Source of the DNA: Oculina patagonica
Taxonomy: Eukaryota
NCBI RefSeq assembly: GCF_052425735.1
Contig: NC_135763.1
Location: 23,188,001 to 23,252,000 of the forward strand
Reading direction: 5' to 3'
DNA: 64,000 nucleotides
Shown here piece after piece: positions 50,101-63,600 of the stretch (position 1 is the first letter of the stretch; every line of letters begins with the position of its first letter). A program made the position numbers and the translations under genes. A model generated the notes under the pieces. The model was not told where the DNA came from. It saw only the letters and a program-made list of their open reading frames with translations, and made no database searches.

Positions 50101-51570
50101 AACATCCGGGTGCTATAGGAAGCCCTGATCAAAAGTGCCTCGACCTGATGCATTGCCATAATTAGTTGGTCACGTGATATCTCTCCACCATCGCCGTCAC
50201 TCCAAAAGTGCTAAAAGAAAGAAAAGAATTTTTAAATATTTTCTTGTAATTTTTTGTAGTTAAGTGAACTAAAAAGACAATCAAAACACTGTGAGGGAAC
50301 AAACCTCGTCAAACATGACTTGGTAAGCTGTCTCTTCGTTACTCTCTGCAGAAGTTTCTTTGAAGTGGTAAAGAGAGATGTATTTTCCCTAAAACATGTG
50401 AAAAAGCAAAGTTTTTAGTGTGTTTGTGCTGTGAAAACTTGTACTGTGGTGTGAAAACAAACCACCTTGCATATTATTACGAGCTACAAGGTCTAAAGGA
50501 AATTAACTTTAAATCTGTTGGGAGAAAACGGCATATCGCAAAGTTTCGTAAGGTAGCGACTTCTCATACGACGATAGTCATGACCTCACCTCGACGTTGA
50601 ATATTGTTTAGAATGAATGTTAGAACCATACAATAAATTATATATACTATTTTCTACATGCTGGTTACTGCTAATCGCTCTGTACTGAGTTGAGTTTCTT
50701 TCAACTGTTTTATGTATTCGGTAAGATAAGAAACGAGAAGGAAAAACAGTGAATTCCCGCAAAACGATATTCGGCCAAAAGCCGAAATAAACCATGGTTA
50801 TTTTTCAATATCTGTAGTTGATAATATAATTTTTCCAGGCTCTTAGATACTAAGATGGCGAAAAGAAATTAACCAACCAACAATGAAAATTTGTGTTCCC
50901 TTTGTGAATGGAATTTGCCCTCGTTCGAAATATATGTAAGGGTTATTTTTAGGCAACGAGGCGATATGCGCCCTCGGTGAATAAAACACATATCCCCGAG
51001 GTGCCTAAAAATAATCGGCTTATTTTTCACATGGGCGAGGTATCAACAGTGGCTTAAAACAATAAGAAACATGCTTTTCTTCGTTGTTTTTATGTAGGTA
51101 CGCTGAAGAAAAAACAAATGTTTTTCCCGACACACACTTAACAACAGAAAAAAAGGTTCCGAAAAGACGCACTGGGGTTTCTACATTGTTAAATTTTATA
51201 ATAAACAGGTTATTCTTTCGTTTTTGATACGCCGACCAAAACAATCAATATGCGTGCCAAACAAGCTATACAATAGATTAATAGTTCCGACAACTTTGTA
51301 ACCACCTTTTTTCACCACTTTACTGCAAAGTTGGCAAAAGTGAGCGAGTCTGCGAGGAAAGTTAAATTTTTGAAAATGGAAATTGGAAGATTGGAAGAGG
51401 GGAAAAGTTTTGATTGGGGGGGAAGAGGGGGGGGGGAAAAAATGGGAAAAGGGGAGGGGGGAAAGGAAAAAAAAAAAGAACTGCTCCGCCGGATTTAAAA
51501 AAAAAACCGTGGAGGTTTTGTCGCCCTTTTTTTTGTTTTTTTTTATATATAAAAAAAATCCATGAAAAAT

Positions 51571-51614
<44 letters not shown>

Positions 51615-54600
51615 GTTTTTTTTTTTTTGGGGGGGGTATTTTCCTTATATTTTCCCGGGGGTTTTAATCTTATCTTCCCCTAGGGGAATATTAGAATATC
51701 AGCCCCACTCTTCCCTGTTACAATCAAAGCCGCCCCCAGCTTTTCAGACAGTTGCTAATTAGCGGGGTTTATTCAATATAATTAGCCTGAAAAAACAAAG
51801 GAAAACGAGCCAAGTGAAGAATAAGCCGAGTTAAATCATGCCAGAAAATTTAAAACCGCAAAAAAAAAAGATTTACTTTAACCATACTGATGGTAGATTG
51901 ACTTACAGTCAATTCGTCTTTTCCAGTAAAACAAAACTTCAACAGAAACCTCTTATTTTCTTATCCCAGACATTTACTGCATACGATGTTTTTTTTAGTT
52001 AGACGGATTAAACTAACAAGATTAGGATTATTTTTTTTTAAATTAATTACTCATTATTACTTACAACCAAGATGATATCTGGTGCGGATATTAGCTCTCC
52101 ATCAGAACGTGCGACAAACGAGAACACGTGGTTTAAAATACCACCGTATGACGTCACCTAAATAAAAACGGAATACGAATAATTTATTTATGGAGTTGAT
52201 AATGCTATTTACAAGGCTAAAAGGTTACAAATTGTAAAATTAAAATGTTGAAACCAAAGGTTTTCGGCTGTTTGCATCATTAGGGGTTTATTTTGCAATA
52301 AACGTCAAAACAGCCTGTTGGTAACCAACCTTGTTTCCAGTGTATTCTTGTGGCAACTTCCAGTATAAAATCGTGTCCTGAAGGCTTTCCACCACAAATG
52401 ATTGGAAGGTCAACTCTTTTGTAAGCGGATTAACAAAGAGATCTGAAGAGTTCACTGGGGTAAGGTCCAATGTGACAAGTGTGAAATTCATCAGCTTATT
52501 CACTGAGAACGTAGAACGGATCTAAGAAAAATAGCGAAGACATGTCAGTATATATAACTTAAGTCTCGCTTTGGACAAAAGCATCGGAAGAAACTTTTTG
52601 GTATCGATTTTGGTAAGTAAGCAAGCAAGCAAGCAAACAAGCAAGCAAGCAAATAAGTAGGTAGGTAGGTAGCTAGGTTAGTAAGTAAGTTAGTAAGAGA
52701 TACATATAATTAGTCTTATTATATATTAGAATTACTTTGAAACATGGCCTGGCGAGTTTGTTTTTTTTTATTTTTTTTAATTTTTTTTTTTTTTTTTTTT
52801 TTTTTTTTGGAAAAAAATTTTTACATGTGATTGGTCGAGAGCATTCAGCCAATATACAGTAGCATGTGGACTTGACATGATAACCCAATATCTGCAGCAG
52901 ATATTGGGTTATCATGTCGACTTCAAAGTCCACCTAGTTTCCAAGCCCTTCGTCCGTGTAGTGCTGTGAAACTTTTGAAAATATGGCTGAGCGATTCGCC
53001 CCCGTTTCCGAAGAGGAATTGAAAGTTTTGATCGAGAACAAAGATTCTAACAACACCAAGAGAACAACAAAAACAAGTATAAAAATTCTGAATGATTATT
53101 TGAGGGAGAAGAACCTGGAGGAACGTAAGTGCACATTTTGAAATAAAGCCATTTTGCATCAGATAAAAGTTTTGGTTTCCAAATTGTTTGAAAACGTATA
53201 ATAAAACAATTATTGAATTCGGTTTTCGCATGATATCGTGAATTATCAAAACCTCGTGTCTGATAACACAGACCTCAGTTTTGATAATTCACGATATCAT
53301 GCTTAACCTCATCCAATAATCGCTTATTATCATATGGCTGGCTCCGCGAGCGGGCAAGATAAGGTAAACCCTGCCTTGTGATTGGCAACCCGAGCGGGCA
53401 TGATGGGCCTATCTTGCCCGCTTGGGATTTCCCGCGATTTTTCTGTAAATTTGTTGTTGTTGTTGTTTGCTAAAAACACTGTTGTTGCCATTGAATAAAT
53501 CCTCTATTGATCAAGCTTGTTCGGCCAAAATTGCGTGGTATTGGCCTCGTTGTTTTTTTTTTTGCGGGTTTATAGACCTCGGTCCATTTTAATGGACGCA
53601 AAAAAATGTACATGACCAATATCCCGCAAACTTGAACTTGACCTTGGTCAATAAACTAATATATGTTTCTGACATTTCTAAAAAGACGCATTTAATTTAG
53701 AATTTTTTCTACTCAGTTTGACTCGGTCTTACAGAGAAATGTCCGCGAAATTAAAAACGCGACTGCAAGTTTTCCAGCCATCTAAATCGCCCAAATTTGA
53801 TCAGCACACCATTTTACAGTAATCGTTAGTTTACACACTGTGGAAACTCAGAACCAATTCTACGGGAATTGCTTGGCATCGTATTTTGCGCAATATTAAC
53901 ACCTCTCTACAATTTCGGGAAAACAGAAACTGGCTTGCTTACCTGAGTCCTATTGAGCAGGGCGCTCTGGCAACTGTCAGTAACTCCATTACAGAAACAA
54001 GGTGTACAGCCCTGAGGATTGCCAGCTTGTAGGTTGAAAAATCCTGGTTTACAGGCATCACAGCTAACACCATGAACATTGGCCTAAAAATAGGTAAAGA
54101 AGATAAACGTAAAGCTCCATACAATATTTGTGCATTGTTCTCTGTAAGGAAAAACTGTTTTAAAGTTCAGTTTCGTGTCGGCTGTCGAAGCATTATGAGA
54201 ATATTAACAACAAAAACAACAACAAATAAAATTCATTTTGTTAACCTTGCACAAACATTTTGGTGTTCTGTTGTCCGGTTGAGTGTCCAGGCTACCGCGC
54301 AAGTCACATTTCCTTATGAGTCCTAAAACTATGAGAAATAAATTTACAAATTAGAAGAAGCGTTACAACGTGCAACGTATAAGTAAGACTGGGTTTTGGA
54401 CGATAACAATGGTAAAAATAACGATACAGTAATTTTAACTTCTTTAATTTCCTTTTTTAGTTCATTACAAAGACAAAAGATAAAATTATTGAATCAAGCT
54501 AAAACAACGGCGCAATTACTGTTATATCTGTTAACTTGGTTCGCTATAGAAGCACTGTATTTCCCGCCACGATTGCACCTTTTTGAAATGTCTTATAAGA

Positions 54601-57600
54601 TGAACACACAAGAATACACAGTGACATCTCGTAACATGTGCACACACAGTGTAGCAGGAAGCAGTTGCAGCGACACTGTTCGGGAACTTCTCCCGACGCT
54701 GATTCACAATCAAAAGGACTATCTCTCAATCTCGTCTCAATCGCTATTACATTCTGAATTAAAGCTTTACATCAAAATGGCTTATACATCCGAGAAATGA
54801 AGTACAATCATGCTGCGGTTAAATCTTGGCTCGCTAGATCCTATTGTAAAACATAGCCTTAAATCTAGCTCATAGTTATTCTTAGTTAGCCTTGAATCAG
54901 TACGTGATTTATTGCCTATACAATCTGTAAGTAAAGGTCACGCAGTGACGTAAAATAAACAATTCGAATAGCGTGATATGAAATTACAATTGACTATTAT
55001 CAGACAAAGACATGACCCTTGAAAACTATTAGCGCACACGAGGGGACGTGTCGATGCACCGTGTCTTTACTGCATTTTCCTGTGTGTGTACCCCAGGGTG
55101 TGTACATGTTGCGACTTTGTCCCTACGACATGTCGCTTCGTGAGTCGGCACCGTCAAGCTCAAAAAGCGCAAACATGCAAGATACCTGCTAGTTCACATT
55201 TGGAATGGTGAATCATGGGATTTCCTGTAAAGTTTGCTGTGCAGCTGTAAAAAGATGTAAATAAATACCTAAGTATTATAAAATAATAATGGATAACATA
55301 TAGACATTAACACAAAACAACGTGTGATATTCTTCAGTTTCACGTCTTATTTGTTCAAAAAACAAGATAGAAAACTGCTGCCTTTTTGTTCATTATTACT
55401 CGAGTGAGCTGTTACGTTTTCTTACGGCCACATTCCAAACGTTGAACACGTTAAAGCACTACCGGTGCAACAACAATAACAACAACAACAACCTTTAATG
55501 TACTCTTGCACTTACACGAAAAGATCAATACTGGGAGGAAATTAGTAAGAGTACTAGCTGCCTGAACATAGGGGCTAGTAGAGCCAGGCAGCCAGTTAAC
55601 ATTAGCATTAAATGAAAATAAAGTACAGGTCGGCAAGAGAACAGATACGTAGACAAAAAAACGAAAACGAAAAAAAGCACACTATTAGGGAAGTCTATAA
55701 AGTTATTATTACATATGAATGTAAAAATATTAAAAAAAAAGAAAAGCACACAATAGATGGCTAAGACAACTAATAACACATGGATGATTACAAACGTATT
55801 ATATATACTATAAAAGAAAATTATTGAAACTTAGAGAAGGTTCGGAACTTAGCATGAGACTAACAGTATCAAATGATTCAGGAAATGACACAACAACAAT
55901 TTAAGAATGCATATACATGTAATTAGTAATCTAAGGGAAGATTGCTTAAATAACTGGTTCCTTAAATTTTGACAGAGAGAAAGCACTTACAGTTCACAGT
56001 TTCTTCCCGCGTATCCTGCAGGGCATGCGTCACACGTTGGAAGACCGTCGTTGTCAAGAAAACACGTTGGACTGAACCTTGAAAGAGAAGGGTCAGAAAA
56101 ACTCTAAATAACATTATTTGTACAATATTTTGGTTCAATACAAAAGACAATAAGTAAAAATTTGACGAAAACAAAACTGGTCTTTCATTTTTGTACTTTA
56201 CAAACTGCGGACAAAGGAAGCTGTAAATATGCCATAGAGCTTAAACGAAACACAAAGATAATGGATTGATTTTCGCTTAGCCAGCCGGTAGAAAACTATC
56301 ATTCCCATTTTTAATGTGTAAATACGTGGTAGCTATGTTCCACCGCTATTTATACAGTAGAACCCCGGTAACTCGAACTCGGATAATTCGAACAACCCCG
56401 CTAACTCGAACAAACTTCTATTTCCCTTGGATTTCACCCCACTTTTCAGTCATTTTTACTCGGTTAACTCGAACTTGGACAACTCGAAAAACCCCACTTA
56501 CTCGAACTAAATTTCGTTTCCCGTGATCAAAATTTGGGTCAAATTTACCCCGATAACTCGAATTTTTGGTTCTTGCAGCTCGCCACAGATGCCCATTAAA
56601 ATATTCCATTTATAAGCTCTTCTTCTCGTGTAATCGGATTTAAACACTAAAACGAACCATTTTAATTAGAGCCGGAGCAACGAAAAGATCACGTATCTGA
56701 CAGTCATTTTCCACTTTCATTATAAAAATGTATGATCGTCTGAGAGTTTCTGACGAGATTAGTGTTAAGTTGCACTGTACTGTGTACTGAAGTGCTGAAA
56801 ACTCGATAAACTTTCAATTATTAACTTGGCAAATTGAATATTCAATCGACCCCGATAACTCAAAACCCCGCTAACTTGAACTGTTTTTTTTTTTTTTTTG
56901 TTTTCTTTGAATTTTGAATTCGAGTTACCGGGGTTCTATTGTACTATCCGTCCCACTCTGGGTATTTGCCAAACAACACCATATCTGAGATAAGTAGAAA
57001 GATAAGTTAAAACTGGTAATAATACATATATTCAAACGTACTGGTTTGGAGGTATGGTTAGCGGACAAGGACACAGCTGGCAGTCACTAGGCGTACCCTT
57101 GAGGGCGTTTCCAAAGTAACCTGATTGACACCTGTCACAATGTAATCCCTCAGTGTTGTGACGACACTCCTAATGAACGCATGAAAAAAACAACGCAGTG
57201 AATACAAATGAATACATTGCAAAAAGTTAAAAAATTAGGTTTGATATTCTTCAAAAGCGTACTACAGCTAAGAGCGAGCTAAAACTGAGAAAGTCCATAC
57301 TATCAAATACTCAAAAGCAACAAAGTAACTCACAAGGCAAGTGCCGTTCTCCTGGTCACAATCGTCGGAATGTTCGTTACACAAGCACTTCATACAACCA
57401 CGTCCATCACTTGACCGAGTGTAGCCTGGGGAGCAATACTAACGAAGCGGAAATTTCAGAAGAGAACAAAAATATTTGTTAACCATATCAGTGCAAGCAA
57501 AACGAGTTACACTTACATAGTAATCAAATTTAATGACCACTGTCAAACTTCTTGAAAAAAAAATTAATTTTTAAAATATATAAAGTGTTAGCCATTTAAG

Positions 57601-60600
57601 TCGAACCCACGATCCTTTGAAGTATAACAGAGGTTTAACGTCCTGTTTCATATCATATATTTGCGAGACCTGAAAAAACGCTGCGAGAAATTGATCTCAC
57701 AAGTTATAAATTTTTCAGGTATACATTTTAATGTTGTAGTCACATACAACACAACTCTTTCATTATCAAGACTGTTTAACAACAATGCCAATGGATAACC
57801 ACACAGGTGACCAAAATAAGTAAATGTTTCAACTTGCGGACGTTGTCGAGATATGCCACCAAATCCATAGATCGAGCCAATATTAAAACAAATTTTAAAG
57901 TTTTCATCTTGAAAGCAAAATAATAAACTTACCTCGCAAGACAGTCCACTGTAGCCCACTGGGCATTCACACTGTTCTACCAACAAAGCCTTTCCAAAAC
58001 CTACGTTGTGTTGAGATGAAACGTCCAGAGAGATGTCTTCAATGCTGTGCAAAGAAAAAAGTCATAGTTGGCCACTTGGAGAAGAAAAGTTCAATTTCTT
58101 AAACACCAAAAGTTGGTCATGTACCTCAATGACATGGCACTAGATTCATGATCACCATACTGGGCTCTAACATAGATGGCTTGAACGTCCGATAAAACCC
58201 TCATGAAAGTGTCCCTGGAAGTTGGTGCTCCGTTAGATGAACGCCATTTTTCCTAAAAGACGATGATAAAAAAATAAGGTAAAAAGGTTTTCTACACTTT
58301 CGCTTCTGTCAATACATTAGTGTTATCTGCAAAGGGAAAAAATTAAGAAAGATGGACGGTTTTATAATTACACACTGGTTCCTTACAACAATCATTTGTC
58401 ATGTTCGGTAACTTTTAATCTAATTTTCACAAATACCTCTGTGAGAGAGACCTCCATTGTTGTTTGATATTTTCCAGCGCTAGGCTGCACTTCAGGATGA
58501 AAGACCAAGATTCTGTCTTTTCCCTAAGAAGCAAACATTGACATTGATACGCTATCATAGCAAGCCTACACTACTCGAGGTATTCTTTGTTCGCCGGACA
58601 TCTTCATCGTCGAGCGAAACCTTTTCTTAACGATATTCACGACTAATTTGTGTTTGTTTTAGCTTTTTACCGTACCCTTCGGTACCGAGCGGCCGACCCG
58701 CGCGAGAGACAGGGAGTGACACGAAGGAGAGGCCACGCTGGGGTGAGCGGGGAGCCCCGCCAGCACGAGGCGGGGCGAGGCGAGACGAGAAGAGATGGAG
58801 TGAAGGGAAGAGGAAGAGAGGGGGAGCGGAGGGACGTACGAGGCGGGGCGGGAAACCGGATGGCTGAAGGGAGACCGGGTACGCCGTGACAGGCCGGGCC
58901 GCAGGGGGCGAGCGCCGCAAACGAACCAGGCCGACAACTGCGAAGACGAGCGACCAAAAGGTACGATAGGTATAAGAATTTGCTTAAAAGAGTTACAAAA
59001 CGGATACTACATCTTAAAAAACGTAAGTTAAATTTCCAATTTGGCTTTGAAATCCCTCCCATTCTTGGACATTCTTGTTCCTTTTGGTTAAGAAATATCC
59101 CTTTTTATTTCTTCTTCTTAAATTGGCATTTGAGCATGGCAGAAAATACCTTTGTTTTTGGTTTAACGAAACCGTCCAATATCAAGCAAGTAAAAATTAC
59201 TTTAAACAAGAACGAACCGTCTCTTGTCTAATGCAGATTCCGCTAATTTTGGCTGGTTTATTTGCACTGTTGGTGGTCATTATGGTTGGTTTTATCTGTG
59301 ATTGTTAGGCTTAGAAAATTTATTAGTTTAACAAAACAATAATAATGGAATGCAAAAAATAACATTTTTTGAAACTTTTGAGCGATTCATAAACCAAAAA
59401 TTCAATTAAGCTTTCCTTAAAATTTTTTAACCTGAACAAATGTCTATGACAAGAGGATCACATTAATAATCCATACCACCAATCGAACGGCCCCTCTGAC
59501 TCGACTAGATGTGGGAGATGGTGTGACCGTGGTTTGAGTAACAGCCGGCGTTGTCATCGTTGTATCTAAGAAAAGAATATACAGTAAAGATTACTCAACT
59601 CGCAGCGATCTATTCTTGTGTTGCCATAAACATAAACATAAGTTGTAGGTCAACTGCAGATAAACAACGATCGCAGGAGAAAATGATCCTGATAATGAAG
59701 AAAGCTGTGAAGCTGCAAATTGTCCCTAGATTAACTGAAATACACTTGACCCTCTTACCATCTACCCTGATGCATGTTTTCTCTACACAAACACAATTGC
59801 TGTTTTCCACGAGTAAGCGAGACTCCACTTCGTTTTCGTTAACTTCACAAAGGGGAGCATCCTCAATACAAAGTGGAGCACAACGAAGACTCCCATCTTC
59901 AAGGCACGAGCAGCGGGATGTGCAACTCTTAGTGACGAAGACGCTATTTGCTGGATAAAATTCATGGCCGACTTGACACCTTATTGCTGACTCTAAAAGA
60001 GAATATCACTTTAAAGAAACCTAATTACAATTTGGAGGGCCACATTTGCTCTCTTTTTGGGCCTTAGATATGTTCATCTAAGCCCAACAAAATCTTGTAA
60101 ACTTTGTCTTTTGACACGGATAAATTAACAGAATGGTTGCCATTTAACGTAAGTCAATTCCATGAAAAATAAACTGCAAAGCAAGTTAAGCATTGGAAGA
60201 GTTAGAGTTAGTGTGTAAGGCATATATTTTAATTTTTAAACTCATTTCTATTTACGAAAAGAAAGAAAAGGCAGAGCAGGCGTTTGTAAAAATATCACCA
60301 TCTATGATCCACAATTTAAACAAACCTGTTGAAGTCACTCTTTTTGAAGTTGTCTCCTTTCTCGACGTTGTAGAAGACACAGTGGTAGAAATAAGCCTTT
60401 TAGTACTGTAGGATGAGACAGGCTCTGTATTGGTTGTTTCATCTTGATCATCAGTCGACACACTCGTTACTGCATAAGATGTATCTATTGTTGTCACTGT
60501 GTCCGTGGTAGGCTTTTCAGTACTGTTAGTCGAAGAAGGCGCATTAGTAGTTGTTTCATCTTGATCATCCGTCGACGTGCTTGCTGATGTGAAAGACGTT

Positions 60601-63600
60601 CCCGGAACTGTTGTCATTGTTTCCGAAATAGGTTTAGCAGTACTATAAGGTGAGGAAGGTACTGTAGTGGTTACTTCATCTTGACCATCGAATGCTGCAT
60701 CGGTTGTCGTGTAAAGTATTGTATTTTGTAATTTGTGGTTTTTTTTTTTTTTTTTTTTGCGTATCTGGTATTGTTGTCACCAATTGTGAAGTAGGTGCGT
60801 CAGAACTGTATACTGAAGGGGGCTCTGTAGTGGTTGTTTCATCTTGGCCATCCGTTGATACAATCGTCGTTGTCTGAAATGTACTTGGTATTGTTGTCAC
60901 TGTTGGAGAAGTCTGCTTGTCAGTACTGTACATTGATGAAGGCTCAGTGGTAGATGTTTCATCTTGGGTTTCGGTCCATGTATTCGTTGTTGTGTGAAGC
61001 GTATCTGGTATTGTTGTCCCTGAAGTGGGCGCATCAGTACTGTAGGCTGAAGAAGGCACAGGAGTGGTTGTTTCATCTTCACTATCAGTGGATGTATTCG
61101 TTGTTGCGTAAACCGTATCTGGTATTGGTGTCACAGTTTCCGATGTGGGTTTATCAGTACTGTTAGTTGAGGAAGGCACAGTAGTAGTTGTGTCATCTTC
61201 AGCATCCGTTGATAGATCCGTTGCATAAAACGTGCTCGGTATTGTTGTCAATGTTTCTAAAGTAGAACTGTCAGTACTGTAAACTGAAGGGGGCTCTGTA
61301 GTGGTTGTTTCATCTTGACCATCCGTTGATGCATCCGTCGTTGTCTGCAGCGTACTTGGTATCGTTGTCGCTGTTGGAAAAGTTTGCTTGTCGGTGCTGT
61401 ACAATGATGAAGGCTCAGTGGTAGATGTTTCATCTTGGGCTTCGGTCCATGTATTCGTTGTTGTGTGATGCGTATCTGGTATTGTTGTCCCTGAAGCGGG
61501 CGCATCAGTACTGTAGGCTGAAGAAGGCACAGGAGTGGTTGTTTCATCTTCACCATCAGTGGGTGTATCTGTTGTTGTGTAAACAGTGTCTGGTATTATT
61601 GTCACTGTTTCCGATGTGGGTTTATCAATACTGTAATTTGAAGAAGGCACAGTAGTCGTTGTGTCATCTTCAGCATCTGTTGATAGATCCTTTGTATAAA
61701 ACGTACTCGATATTGTTGTCATTGTTTCCGAAGTGGAACTGTCAGCACTGTAAACTAAAGGGGACTCTGTAGTTGCTGATTCATCTTGACCATCCGTTGA
61801 TAAAATCGTTATTCTTTGAAACGTACTTGGTATCGTTGTCGGTGTTGAAAACGTTTGCTTCTCAGTGCTGTAGGCTGCTGGAGGCTTAGTAGTGGTTTTT
61901 TCATCTTGACCATCGGTTGTCGTGTAAAGCGTATTCGGTATTGTTGTCACTAATTGCGAAGTAGGTGCGTCAGTACTGTAAACTGAAGGGGGCTCTGTTT
62001 TGGTTGTTTCTTCTTGACCATCTGTTGATGTATCCGTCGTTGTCTGAAGCGTACTTGGTATCGTTGTCACTGTTGGAAAAGTTTGCTTGTCTGTGTTATA
62101 CGCTGACGAAGGCTCAGTGGTGGATGTTTCATCTTGGGCTTCGGTCGATGTATCAGTTGTTGTGTAAACCGTATTAGGTACTGTTTTCACTGTTTCCGAT
62201 GTACGTTTATCGGTGGTGTAAGGCGACGAAGATACAGAAGCGGTTGTCTCATCTTGACCATCAGTTGGTGTATCTGTTGTCGTGTAAACCGTATCTGTTA
62301 TTGTTGTCGCTGTTTCAGAAGTAGGCGGGTCAGTACTGTAGGCTGAAGAAGACACAGCAGTGGTTGTTTCATCTTCACTATTAGTGGGTGTATCCGTTGT
62401 TGTGTAAACCGTATCAGGTATTATTGTCACTTTCTCTGAAGTAGGCGGGTCAGTACTGTAGGCTGAAGAAGGCACATCAGCGGTTGTTTCATCTTCACCA
62501 TCAGTTGATGTATCTGTTGTTGTGTAAACCGTATCTGGTACTGTTGTCGCTGTTTCAGAAGTAAGCGGGTCAGTACTGTAGGCTGAAGAAGGTACATCAG
62601 TGGTTGTTTCATCTTCACTATCAGTGGGTGTATCCGTTGTTGTGTAAACCGTATCAGGTATTATTGTCACTGTCTCTGAAGTAGGCGGGTCAGTACTGTA
62701 GGCTGAAGAAGGCACATCAGCGGTTGTTTCATCTTCACCATCAGTTGATGTATCTGTTGTTGTGTAAACCGTATCTGGTACTGTTGTCGCTGTTTCAGAA
62801 GTAAGCGGGTCAGTACTGTAGGCTGAAGAAGGTACATCAGTGGTTGTTTCATCTTCACTATCAGTGGGTGTATCCGTTGTTGTGTAAACCGTATCAGGTA
62901 TTGTTACTGTTTCCGAAGTAGGCGGATCAGTACTGTAGGCTGAAGGAGGCACAGCAGTGGTTGTTTCATCTTCACCATCAGTTGATGTATCTGTTGTCAT
63001 GTAAACCGTATCTGGTATTGTTGTCACTGTTTCCGAAGTAGGCGGGTCAGTACTGTAGGCTGAAGAAGGCTCAGTAGTGGTTGTTTCATCTTTACCATCA
63101 GTTGATGTATCTGTTGCTGTGTAATCCGTATCTGGTATTATTGTCGCTGTTTCAGAAGTAGGCGGGTCAGTACTGTAGGCTGAAGAAGGCACAGCAGTGG
63201 TTGTTTCATCTTCACTATCAGTGGGTGTATCCGTTGTTGTGTAAACCGTATCTGGTATGATTGTCAATGTCTCCGAAGTAGGCGGGTCAGTACTGTAGGC
63301 TGAAGAAGGCTCAGTAGTGGTTGTTTCATCTTCACCATCAGTGGGTGTAACCGTTGTTGCGTAAACCGTATCAGGTATTGTTGTCACTGTTTCCGATGTG
63401 GGTTTATCAACACTGTAAGTCAAGGAAGGCACAGTAGTTGTTGGGTCATCTTCAGCATCTGTTGATAGAGCCTTTGCATAAAACGTACTCGATATAGTTG
63501 TTATTGTTTCCGAAGTGGAACTATCAGTACTGTAAACTGAAGGGGGCTCTGTAGAGGTTGATTCATCTTGACCATCCGTTGATACAATCGTCGTTGCCTC

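Noticed and set aside
51365-51670. G-run/T-run segment resembling a G-quadruplex or Lys/Phe-rich ORFs
   Set aside because: Inflated homopolymers look like poorly polished long-read consensus, and no perlecan exon is missing here.
54531-54729. Cys-rich minus-strand ORFs between laminin-EGF exons
   Set aside because: Cys spacing does not fit LE/EGF modules, and the flanking exons (55186 and 54322) already join in phase.
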